64,000 nt of DNA from Phoronis australis (Eukaryota; Animalia; Phoronida), in NCBI GenBank assembly GCA_002633005.1, contig NMRA01000734.1:1-64000 (forward strand), read 5' to 3'. Of this stretch, positions 13,683-26,100 are shown piece after piece (the first letter of the stretch is position 1; each line of letters starts with the position of its first letter). Below the pieces are notes generated by a model. The model was not told where the DNA came from. It ran no database searches and saw nothing but the letters and a program-made list of their open reading frames with translations. A program made the translations under genes and the position numbers.

Positions 13683-14211
13683 CCGTATAACCCCGAAAAT
13701 AAGCGCATGTGCCCAGAAGCGTAACAATGCGGTTTTTCCGAAAGATTTTCCTCTCAAATGTCCCTCATATAGACCTAGGGGCATGCACCGAAGTTCAGCA
13801 ATTACATTAGGCGCATGTTGTGCTCCGGTTAAAGACGCACTTTGATTTTTTTAAGATACACTACCAACCATTTTTGTTTTACAAAACGTGTGGCGTGACA
13901 CTCTGAGAGAAATGAAAAGGTTAGACGGGCATAATAAAATATTTTCTTTTGACAAACTCAGAGCTTCATTTTTAAGAACACCTTTAGCCTCGATAGTCGA
14001 AAAAGTAACACTAGCTTCATTTGCGGTAGTAAACCAAGTACCGACGCGTATGACTCACTGATGTCTGAGCATGGGCTGTCTGCGTCCTATAACAAAGCAC
14101 CAGTCAAGGCAAGTTCTACTTAGATGTCCCGCATGCAGGCACAGGCGCCTAAGTTCCGCAATTACGCACAGCTCCAAAATTAGGCGCATGCCTAAATTGC
14201 GGGCTATACGA
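13683..14211. mobile_element. Tc1/mariner-superfamily (Tc2/pogo-like) MITE
   Basis: Imperfect TIRs CCGTATAACCCCGAAAATAAGCGCATG ... CATGCCTAAATTGCGGGCTATACGA, flanked by TA on both sides (13681-13682, 14212-14213). Confidence 0.6.
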
Positions 14212-15259
14212 TATAGTATCCTTGAACACTTAATAATTTGCCCAACTTCGGAACATCATATTTCAGAAATGGGTGACTATATTCACATGAAACATTCAGA
14301 TGCCATGCTTTACTGTTTCAAAATATTTCACGCTTGTATGAGGGGCAAACAAAAAAACTTTATGATTTTAATGAAAAAGTCAAAAGCTGTAAAAAAAAAG
14401 AAAACGAAACCATTACTTAGAAAGCTACCGTATAACAGCATTTTTGAGATTTAATTTTGAACATTTACGTGAAACGATATTCGATCATGTTGATACTGTT
14501 CTGATATAGATGTACCAGATTACTAAAAAGCAAAAAATCAAATTTTACAAGCTCTCAACTTTCAAAAAATATACTTTTACTGGGTTAAAACCTATGGTTT
14601 GTTATTGTAGTCACTTTGCTAAATACGCAGACTTGCCAATAAAGTCATACATAAGCTCCTGCACACCTCATTAACGGTGATGCGTCTTACCAAACAAAGC
14701 ACTTTTTCTCACTGTCTCTTGAGTTGTCTCGACTGAATGTTTTACCAGCGAGTCTTTTGGTCATTCCTTCACTTGTACAAATTAATATGAATTTTAAACC
14801 CCCTCAGCATCTACCGTCTAATAACTGATAAGTCAATCTTTGCTCACAAGTCTATGAGTTTTACTAGGAATTTCCAGGCGGCCTCAAATATGGGCCCGTG
14901 GACCTGTTTCATAAAATTTCCAAATGCAGTGAACCTACGCTTTCCGAGCCAAAATTTATTATTATCTACGGTTTGTAAGGTTTCTCAAAATGATCAGTGT
15001 CAGCGAAAATCAAACAAAAATCAGGCTTCACGAGAAACAAGACACCGTTTATTTAGTCACCATTTTGGCTTTTCTACAAAGTAAAACTAAGTAAAGCGAA
15101 AGAAACCCGCTTTCCGCCGAAGCAACTAAATTTTGACTTGGGACATTTACCTCTAGCAGTCTCAACTTGTTTCTAGCCAGAGTCAGACGAGATTTTTTGG
15201 TCTTGCAAACAACTGGCAGTAAAGGCTGGAGTGTCAGTTCTCTAGTCCTAAGCCCTGAA

Positions 15260-15543
15260 CATGCGCGCACCCAGCGGGGGCTGGGAGGGCTCGTACGAGA
15301 CCCCCATTTGGCAAAGTGGACAAAAACGTCCGCCTCAGAAAAATAGAAACTCCAAAAAAGCAAAAACGAGACAAAAGTCCACTAAAACGGTAGGAACTAC
15401 CAAATTTCGTCGAATTCATAGCTCTGAACGTACCCCGTGAATCTTAGTAATAGCAAGGAGTGTAATATATGTACACTCCTTGGTAAAAGGTCTACATTCT
15501 CAAAAATTCGAGTCCCTCCATTTTTAGGCTCGGTGCACGCATG
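15260..15543 (+). mobile_element. MITE with 15-bp TIRs CATGCGCGCACCCAG (family C)
   Basis: Left end CATGCGCGCACCCAG, right end CTCGGTGCACGCATG; flanks CTGAA/CAGAA. Homologous copies at about 45590-46080 and 56038-56315. Confidence 0.7.
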
Positions 15544-15722
15544 CAGAAATCACACATTTGGCAAACGATCTCACAACAGTAAGTGGTCGAAATTCTTCGG
15601 AAGGCGAGTTTAAAGTCCTTACTCCATATCGATGTGGCTGGAACCATTTTCTGAGAGGTCTCTCGGTCTCCGCTGTCCTCTGGTCATGGTTTACAGTGGG
15701 CTAGGAATTGGTTCCTAGTTTG

Positions 15723-15878
15723 CAGGGGCGGATCAAGGATTTTGAGTTGGGGGGGCAGAGTAAAGTATTAGCCAGGATTTTGCCCGTCAGATATTCGCAC
15801 CCCCGAACTGCCAAATGTAATCTGGGAGAATTTTAGGGGGGGGGGCATGGACCCTTTGGCCTCCCTCTAAGTCCGCCC
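15723..15878. mobile_element. Short MITE with CAGGGGCGGATC-type terminus, nested in a CCTAGG/GGTTCCTAG-rich repeat
   Basis: Left end CAGGGGCGGATCAAGG, degenerate right end CCTCTAAGTCCGCCC, and poly-G tracts typical of such MITEs. Confidence 0.5.
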
Positions 15879-17829
15879 AAACTTTGGGCATGGAACTCTA
15901 GAGTTCTATATTTGGGGTACTAGAAATGTATTTTTTCCGAATGTATTACCTAGGACCTAGGAACCAGCGGTTCCTAGCTAGGAGTTACTATCAGCAGTTC
16001 CTGGTAAGTGTTTGGATATAGGTCCATGCGCCTAAATTCAGCCCAGGGCTGTGACTGAGTTCCAGTCACAGGCGCAAGAATATCGCGAAGGAAAACAGCC
16101 CGTGTGATCAGATGCTTCGCTTGTGATGCTCAACATGGCCATAGCTAGCGAAATTTGCAATTTCGCGAGGTTCTCTCGTTCACACAACACACACCAAGTC
16201 CAACAGTAGCAGTGAAATGTGCAGTATGTATTCGGTTCAAACAACAATGTTTCAATTTGACATCATTACAAAAATAACGATATCTATAGGCAAATACCGG
16301 GGGTTTTCGAAAAAGCCCTCAGCGTGCTATATCGGAAACGCTCTTTGATTTAAGCAACTCCAATTGCCTCTAAGTAGCCCCCAACTTGCCTTTTGTAAAA
16401 AACTGGCGAGCTCTTTCGTTAACCAGTATTGTGGCAAAAAGCGCCCTCATTCAGATATGGAGGTAGAGTTTATTTTGTATGAGGTTCAACTTGGCTACTT
16501 AAGAGTAGGTCTATACAGCAGCATACAGTAAAAGTGTTTTCAATTTACATTATTCTATCTACCCTAAAACTTTCCTACCTTTTTAAAATTATATGCCTGT
16601 TACTTTCAATATATCTCTCTTCAAATCAAAAAAACTCTCATTTCAAGTTTGAAAGACATGCAATGCGTTTCCGAATGCACGATTTTATACTGGGGACAAA
16701 ATAGGTCCCAACAGCCTGGTCTTCATTTACCCAATGTTTTTATTGGTAATGGAAATGCTATCACAGTAAGGAATATTATGAATTTTTAAGGGTAAACGGT
16801 AAAATTCAGTCGATTTTTCACCATCTCAACCGGATGTAATACAGTATTAATAACAAACCTGTTCCCTCTGCAACACTGATTATAATGCTGGAATAATTCT
16901 TGTAAACCATTTACTGAATTTATACAAAATAAAGTGTTATTTTGAAACGTTCTGAATAAAAGCTCCAAACTGACCAATTGGACCCAGGACAAATAGAAAA
17001 CAAAAAGACTAAAAAACATGAAAAGACTACAAAGTGTGGCAGAATATGTTGAATCTATCCCAAACTAGAAAGGTGCTGTTCTCTTCATCCTAAAAATTTG
17101 TTTACCAAATTTCATAAAACCAGAACTGAGAGATTAGAAAGTGACAAAATGCAGGTGCCAGAAATGTAAAATGAACCGAGAGTCCCATGGGAGCTTCTTC
17201 AAACCCAGTTTCTAAAAACACCCCATAAAATCCCTTGTACAAGATATATTTTCTGATTAAAATGCCAACTGAATATCTCAATTATAACTATGAAATATTA
17301 AATTCATAAGTATTTCCATAACAAAAAATGACACATGATTGAAGAAATATGATAAATGTAAAATTTTCCAACGGAATGCCACATAAACTTAACAATATTC
17401 AACAATGCCTTCAGAGTTCACCCTTGTCACCTGAGTGAGGCTTAAACAGTCTACAAAGTCATATTGGAAGAACACAAACAAATACAAAAAGTGGCAAACA
17501 GAGTAAAGCTATTTAAGCAACTCTGGTCTCTGGCACATAGTGACATCATAACAAATAAGCTGCAACACTAGATGGCGACAGAGTACAGTATCTGATGGAC
17601 AACAATCAGTGCCACCTAGAGGCATAAACGGAGACATAAGGTACTGAGATATCTCAACATTTTTATGAATTCTTTGCCATCCCCATCCTGTCAAATTATC
17701 ACTGACATGTGCTGGGTTATTGAAAGAAATTGTATGACATCTTTGTCAACTTGGCCAGTCATTCACCACGGAATTTAAAATTAGGTCAAATGAAAGTCTT
17801 TTGTGCTCTCGCAATGTTAAATAATTAAA

Positions 17830-19175
17830 TATCACAATCATAATAAGAGTGGTTTGGTTGACAGAGGGAAGACGCCAAACACAGACAAGAAAACAGTAAA
17901 AATGGCCACTAGATGGCACAAATGCATAAAATCCCTCTGAAAACGGAAAATGTCACCCTTTCTTTAAAAGAAAATTTTTACCAAATTTCATGAAAATTTG
18001 TCGAGGATCTTCAGAGAAACAGCGGAAAACAGAAAAAAATAAAATTGTCACTAGGGGGCACAGTGTTCGTTGGATCCATCTGAAAGTCATCTTCTTTCAT
18101 TGCTAACTTCATATGAATACACCGGCCAAATTTAGTAAAGATCCTGCAGAGGGCTTAGGAGATACAGGTATCCACTAGGAGGCGCCACAATAGTCGAAGT
18201 CGTGAGAAAATCCTCTTCATAGTAAAAACATACATGACAATTTTCACAATCATCCTTAGAGTGGTTTGGTTGACGGATGGACGGACACCAAAAACAGACT
18301 CGAAAACAATAAAAAATGTCCGCTAAGTGGCGCAAAATGCCTCGAATCAATTCGAAATTGGGAGGATAGCGTCATCTGCCTGTGTGCCAAATCTTATAGA
18401 AATCCGTTGAGGACCCTTTGAAGATACAGAGGTAAACGCAAAAAAACTAAAATTGCCACTAGGGAGCACACCGATAGTCAGATCTGTCCGAATGTCGTTG
18501 TCGTCCGTGGTCAACTTCAAATAACTACATTTGTTACATTGTATAAAGATCCTGTAGAGGAGAGTTTAGTAGATACAGCCATGGGTGCAAAAACAAACAA
18601 AACTCCACTAGGAGGTGCCACAGTAGTCGAAGTCGTCGGAAAATCATCGTCAACCATCCTCTTTATAGTAAGAACATACACGCCAATTTTCACAATCATC
18701 CTTGGAGTGGTTTGGTTGATAGAGGGGTGGACGCCAAACAACGGACTCGAAAATAGTGAGAACGCCACTAGATGGCACAAAATGCCTCGAATCCATCCGA
18801 AAGTAGGAGGACAGCATCACCTCTTGGAAAGCAGTGCTATCACTGAAGAGGCCACCCTCATTTTAAAAGGGAACTGTATTTTATTCTGAATAAATTCTGG
18901 ATAGTTTTCTATGAATTGTTGATTAATTTCACAAATAATTCAACACCAAAAATGAAACTTATGTTCTCTAACGAAGCTCAAAAAATTACCGGCTTGGAGC
19001 GCTGCTTAGTCTCGTGACGTANTCCCTCTGTCGTCAACCCCATAGGAATACACCTGCCAAATTTCAATATGATCCTGCAAGGGGTTTAGGTGATACAGCC
19101 ACGGACGCCCAGACAAAGATGACGGCAACATGCGCCCACATATAAATATGTGGACGCGATATGTGGGCGCATAAA
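17830..19175 (-). mobile_element. Helentron/DINE-1-like element, family B, with an internal ~140-bp tandem array organised as a ~410-445-bp higher-order trimer
   Basis: Terminal hairpin ATGCGCCCACATAT...ATATGTGGGCGCAT (19130-19172) next to a GACG/GACA-like stretch. The block CACAATCATCCTTRGAGTGGTTTGGTTGA recurs at about 17833, 18245 and 18691. Reverse-orientation relatives lie at about 30085-30620 and 32110-32260. Confidence 0.7.
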
Positions 19176-19222
19176 AACGAAAAGCAATGAGTATTCAGCA
19201 AGAGTATAATATCAAACCAGAT

Positions 19223-19228
19223 TTTATT
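19223..19228 (-). terminator. Polyadenylation signal AATAAA of PUSL1
   Basis: Plus-strand TTTATT about 10 nt past the TAG stop. Confidence 0.55.
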
Positions 19229-19237
19229 CACTGATTG

Positions 19238-22200
19238 CTATAAAACAACGCTTTGAAGTTCTTTGCCACTCTTGTCCTTGGTATCATCTTTAATGAGTAA
19301 ATCTGAAAATTATAGAAAGTAAAAAGATAAACATTGACTAATAAAGCAGAATTGCAATAAGTGTTATCACAGCACATTAAAATGATGAAAACTTAACCAC
19401 ATTCCCATTAAGAAGTGCATATAAACTTTGTAAGACATGTTCAGCAGAGGTGATGTCTACAAATTAAGTGCACCAAATTTTACAATGGCCTTAATACGTA
19501 GAAAAACGAAGAAAAGTCCCCTTTAATGGCGACGGAAAACCACATAAACACAACCTTTATGAAATGGAAATTTGAACAATGAAGAAAAGACGTATTAAAA
19601 ATAAACAACACCAATATGTCTACCTTCTTCATTGTATTCTACGTGTTTCAAGAACAATCCTTGAGGCGGCACTGCATATGCATGGCGATCACTTTGGACT
19701 TTATCATATGGATTGTTCAACAAATGGACAATGTCTTCTTTGGTCATTTTTCCCATTCCCACCTTGTACAATGCACCAGTGATTCGTCTCACCTACAATA
19801 ACAAGCATGGTCAGTTTCAACTGTCAAACCCTCCTATTCATGATGAAATCGTGCATTATTTGTTTTGGCAAAACATTTTTAGCCTGTTTGTGATCTACAC
19901 TTTCACACAAGTTTAAGATTTACATATTTATATATTATTTGGTTTCGTATATGTTGCCGTAGTAACAGGACCTAGAGTACAACCGTTGAGCAAAAGTGCA
20001 TACCATACATACAGTACTGAACAAATTGCACAAAAATGTGAAATTACCCATTACCAGTGTCAGTGCTTGCACATGAACACTTGGTGTAAAACTGGGAAAT
20101 CTATAGCATAATGGGAGAAAAGGAATCCAAATTTTTTTTTGATAGAAAAAAATTAACCAAAAGCAAATCTTTCAATTTTCAACTCTAGTCACAGAGGACG
20201 CACCAGGAAATGAAACAAGTCCGTCTTAGATGAAACACAATGTAAACAGGTAACAGACCTTCCTTCAAGCCAGTCTTAGTGAACGTCAAACACAATCAAT
20301 AGCAGATTACTATGTTTCATCTGTTCTAACAAGTATTGACATACTGGGAAGCTACATATTCAGTGCAAACTCTGCATCCAAAGGAAAAAAGCTGTAGCCT
20401 GTGTCATGCAAATCAACGCACAAATGAACAAACATTAAATTTAGAAATACGGCCATAGCCTTTACAAATGTAGCTGTTGAATTGGTTGCGCGCTCTGTTT
20501 CAACTACTTTCATAACAGCATCATCGCTACCAGCAGATTGCTCACATTCTAAACCCGAAAATTGAAAACTCAGCAAATATTGAACACTGATACCTGCTTG
20601 TAGAGAAAGCCTGAAGACTTGAATGTTAACTCCCAAAACTCTACATTGTCCATGATATAGGGCATGTGTTCCTGTAGCAGTCCTCGACCTCTGTTGATCT
20701 CCAGGCTAAGTGTTCTAACTGGCTCTCTCTTTTGCCCTCGTTTGTTACTGAATGCGTAGAAGTTGTGGGTTCCATTGAAGGCTGAAATGGCCTCTATGAC
20801 TTTGTCCATGTCAAAAGGTTTTCTAAAAAGTAGACAAAAATACCACGTGAATTTGAAATTAAACCAGATATAACAATCAAAAGGCACTGGAGTAAAAGCA
20901 CATATACTACAAAAGCCTTCGGTTGAGTTTCATTTCCAGACGACAGCAGTTTCCAAATTGAGGCTGAATCAGATATCAATCTGCATCACACAATATGGTC
21001 CGTGAGACCGCTGAAAGCAGTTTCACTGAACCCCAGGGTTGTGCCCATTGTACAGCCTGAAGCAGCTATTCAGTTTCCGATGCATTTCAGGAGCATTGTG
21101 CTTATTTGAAATCTTGGTGGCCATGTATTTGATTTTTAAGAACTCAGCGCATCCTACAGTGGTCAAACATGGCACGCAAATAAACACTAATCAAAACAGC
21201 AATAAGTGATTGCCATTATGATCAGCTGAGTCACTTGAAAACTGAAATGCTTTAACGAGAGAAAAATATCTCACTGAATAAGAAGACAGTTTGCAAGCTC
21301 CCATGGAGGAAAGGGAACATTCCATTTCCACATGGCATTGGCTACAGCCCATCTGTATATGTAGGTACGTGATGTGGCTGTTACTGCGCTTAGATCTGCT
21401 TCTATTTGTCGGGCCTTGATCACTCTGCAACGAGCAACATATCTTCAGCACATTAATATTCAAGGGAAATAAACAGCACACAAAACTGGCAGATCAACAA
21501 GTAAAATGAAATGTGGCAATAGTGGGATGTAATGTACCCACATTTTGAGAACCAGTTTGATGCTCCTTAATCAGTGGAGAAAACTGGTTCTTAAAATCTG
21601 GGCACGTACATCCTACTATTACCAAAAAATGCTACTCATGTATTCTGTAATTAAATGCACATCAACACACATTACTAAAGAATGGTACCTTACAAAAAGC
21701 ACAAGGTTAACTGACAGTGCATTTTACCTGACAGGTATATCTCGTCTGGCCAGGTACTCATTCATGACACCTGTAACGACCTTCGGGCAGTAGACCACAC
21801 CAGGTCGGTTATGCTTCAGATCAACATGAGCAGTAGACATGAGCGCATGAACACCAGAGTCAGTGCGACTAGAGCATCTAACGCGACTGACAATAGCGGG
21901 TCGTAGGGTGCACACTGCATCCTGAAATATACCTGAATACTGTGAAACATACCTGAATACAGTGATACATACCTCAATATGGTGAAACATACCTGCATAC
22001 TGTAACACATATCCGTATACTGTGAAAAATACTTAATTCTGTGAAATATACCTGAATACAGTGAAACATACATGAATACTGTGAAACATATCTGAATACT
22101 GTGGACCACACCTGAATACTGTGAAGCACACCTGAATACTGTGAAGCATACCTGAATACTATGAAACATACCTGAATACTGTGACATATTTCTGCATACA

Positions 22201-23095
22201 ATAATACATACCTGAATACTGTGAACACATCTGAATACTGTGAAACACACCTGAACACTAAGAAACATATCTGAATACTGTGAAAGATATCTGAATACGG
22301 TGAAATATACATGAATATTGTGATACATACTTGAATACTTTGAAAATGGTAAAGCATCTTCCGCAGAACACAATGTTGTACGATGGTAAATCACATTTTG
22401 TCAAAAAAATTTACAATGTTGCAATCAGAGCCTTTTAAAAATGGAAAATTTAAACCGCAACTTCGAGAATGAGTTTCGTTCAACCTTTAAAACACGAGAA
22501 GAATTCTGGGATGACACTTGGCAAACCTAAATGTCCCATAATTCATTACTGAGCAACGTTAACAATCCTGTGATGCTGTATTATCAGAAATGCCCATTAA
22601 CAATAAACTGGTATAACTGGAACCAACTTGAAATATAAGCTATATTTCATGACAAAACTTGGGCCAACGGGAAATTTACCATTGTTCGATCATTGAACAA
22701 GGTACCAATTTACTAATGGCCCAGTTCATTCAGTGGTCCCCTTGAGCTCAGACTGGTCATGTCTGTAATCCCAAATGATGCCCCAATTTTGTCATAAGCT
22801 GTTTTCAGTCAAGGCAAACCCAGTTGTACATAACTGATTCTATAGTTGTTACTCTCATGTAACCATTACCCCTCACAACAACAGTGGCCATTGGGTGGGG
22901 TATATAGATTGCAGTGTAAGCTAATTTGTGTATGGAGTCAGTTTGCGCCAATTCACAAGAAAATGTCAGGAGGAGCTCAGTACTAGTAATGCATATTTCA
23001 TTTGAAAAATTATTTGCTAATTTTGCAACAGAGAAAGTAAACTCTACCGTTGCAACTGTGTATATATATGTGTGTGTGTATATGTGGCATGTATA

Positions 23096-23155
<60 letters not shown>

Positions 23156-26100
23156 CATATGAACAATAGATGTGTACAGACAAAACCTACCAAGAGCGGC
23201 AANATGTATATATATATATATGTCAATTTACATGCACAGAATTGAACAATGACACTCGGCTTACCTCATAATCCAACTGCCACATGCTGGTTTGGTAATT
23301 GGCCCAATTATGTTGCACACACAGCAGAATTAATGAGGAGTATAATGTGGCAACAGTATACAAAAGTTCTTGGTTGTATAAGTCACATTTCTTGTCTGAT
23401 TTTAAAAATTCAAAAACCTAGTCATGCACTTTTCACAAAAACTTTCACATTGAAAACTTTAAACACTATGGCCACCCGCAGTGTTATGATATAGACGACA
23501 GCATCAGCAACCTGAGGCGATGTAATCAACTACAACAGTATGGTGTCTGATCAATCCGGCAGATTTCAAGGTATGCAAACCAGTCGAGTTGCCCAGTCTC
23601 AATGGGTGAGGGTGTCAACGTAGGATTCTTTTCATGAATTTATGTAATATAAAGCAATATAAAGCAATATTACCAAACTACACATGAAACAAATGGTAAG
23701 TAGCTTCATGTACAAAAAGTTTTGACACTTACTTCCAGGACTTTCTGAACTGTTTTTATCTCTATTCCGTTATGAACATTGGCTTGTGCTTGTACACCCC
23801 TGCAAGACAAAGTGTGAGTGGAAGACTACATATCAGCTGCCCCAAAAAATTGAGCCACTTTTTGACAAGTAATTTCTCAGTAACAGATAAACTGATTTTT
23901 TTTTCAAATTTCTTACAGATAAACCTTAGGATATCATCAACAAAACATGTAAAAAATACCAAAGAGATCTGTGTCCAATTGTTAAAAACATCAGGTCAAA
24001 AAATAAGATATCAAAGGGAAGCTTGCTTATTTCAGTCTACGCTCAATGTGGCCTGAATCTTCCTCATGACTTAACGGAGCCGTTTCTTCCAACCAGAAAT
24101 GCTTTTCCATATTTCTTCCATTGAGATTTCCTCCCGTGACATAATTATCATGTTTTGTAACTTCTGCTCAGGCAATATTGCCTGTCATTCCCTGGTAAAC
24201 TTTCTCCTTCAGAGAGTCCCTTTTTGATAAATTTTAGTGTGGCTTCCTCTCGTGTGTGAAGGAGCCCCATCTTGCTGAAACATGTAATTATGGATGAAGT
24301 TGCCTGAAATCTGGGAGAAAATTTCTACTCTTTAACTACATGTAGCATTTTTTTGTTTTTTTTATGTTTATTACGAAATCTTCGATACAATGAATATACA
24401 TAACCCAGAAAGCGCCATGTAGCGTTGACTCTAAACTTTGGGTCTACCAGTGTCAATAAAATGAATATTTGTTTTTCCTTCCCAAGATACACCAGTGGAA
24501 ACCATTATTTTTTGGAATATCTGGAAGTCTTATGATAGAGTCAAGAAGGCTGAATTTGTCGTTTTTGTTTCCCATAAACACGATCGTTTTGGCAATTTTT
24601 AGCGATTTCTAGCGTAAAGGTTTTTCATCAGAGAAAATGATTCTTTTCAGATCAGTGGCTGACTAGTAGCCATGCAAGTAATGGCATCGAGTTTTTCTTT
24701 TCCTTCTAACGTTTTGATCTCTCTGTGATACCACATTTTTTTCACCATTCTTTGCACAGAAGACTTGCTCACTTACAAATCCCATGCAACTTCTCTCACA
24801 GATTTGTGATTCCCCGGGTTGTCCTCCAGGGATTGAATTAGTTCCTCAACACGACTGTTTTCTATCGTACATGGCAGTCATGGGTATCTCACTGCCACTT
24901 TTACGCGGAACAGCCCCCGTGTAGCGTATTTTAGCAATAAGTCTATTTACAGTCGCACGACTCCACTCTTTTCCTGGGAACTCCCTTATGATTCCTCTTC
25001 CATTCCACCCTTTCTCCTTGAAACAGGTTTCAATTGTAAATTGATCACTTTCACTCAAAGGCATCCTTACAAACTGGAATGTTGGACAGAACTGCCTCCC
25101 GTTCAGTAACGCTAGGACCTAGCTTAAAAGCAAGACTTTGCGAGATTACGCGTGATATTGCCGTGTATTTTAAATAAGAGCACGTGACCTTGACTAGCCT
25201 TTGGCTAGGTCCTAGCGTAGGTCCTAGCGTCTACTGAACGCACGCCTGATTTCAATACAGATCTGACAATAAAAAACAGTAGAGTTGAGCGAGACCCAGG
25301 CAAGCAATTTTATACATATATGTAGGCTCTATAGCCCCCACTTCGGTGCTGCGCCGCCCGTGTTTGATCAATGTGAGGCATAATTCGCCCGAAATCTTCT
25401 GGCATATGAAGTGCCTATAGGAGCTTCACCGCCTCTAGAAGCCTTAGTAAATTAGTACAAAGCTGTATACTATTACTAATGTTGTAATCATCAACATCAT
25501 TCGTCCTTTATCTTTCTGTGGTGTCTTGTGATTTGTCAGTTTTATGGTTCCCCGGATGTTTTTTATTTATAGTGCTGGCGGGAGGCTGCTGGCAGTCTTT
25601 CAGCAGGCAATCAGGCTAGGACACCTGGATTGGGTTTTACCTGAAGCTTGAATAGCTGTGTTTTAACTGGTGAGTACTTCTAGACGCCTAACTAGTGAAC
25701 CTGCTGTAATACAACAATTGGCGTAGTCGGCACTGGTTAGGTTTTTCTAGGAGTATTCAACCACTTTTTCTTGAAAACCTTTGCCTGACCAGGGCATTTT
25801 CCGTTGGTCTGGGGGGAGGTTGGATAGGGGAGTGGTATCGTNNNNNNNNNNNNNNNNNNNNNNNNNNNNNNNNNNNNNNNNNNNNNNNNNNNNNNNNNNN
25901 NNNNNNNNNNNNNNNNNNNNNNNNNNNNNNNNNNNNNNNNNNNNNNNNNNNNNNNNNNNNNNNNNNNNNNNNNNNNNNNNNNNNNNNNNNNNNNNNNNNN
26001 NNNNNNNNNNNNNNNNNNNNNNNNNNNNNNNNNNNNNNNNNNNNNNNNNNNNNNNNNAGGGTGGCATGCGTGTATCCTGGTAGTGCAGGGTTTATTTTGA

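Noticed and set aside
18517-18889. 116-aa and 87-aa ORFs in the tandem array
   Set aside because: Chance ORFs in Helentron monomers; adjacent monomers have indels that break the frames.
21922-22345. CRISPR-like appearance of regular repeats (also the hairpin repeats at 962-1047 and 50399-50480)
   Set aside because: Head-to-tail units with no unique spacers, no cas genes and a eukaryotic context.
21816-22394. 192-aa and 127-aa ORFs in the ORF track
   Set aside because: Stop-free translations of the 20-bp minisatellite; only 21921-21728 is a real exon.
23263-23330. Minus-strand donor GAG|gtaagc as an extra PUSL1 exon
   Set aside because: No good acceptor, and the protein is already continuous (TVQKVLE|DAVCTL) without it.
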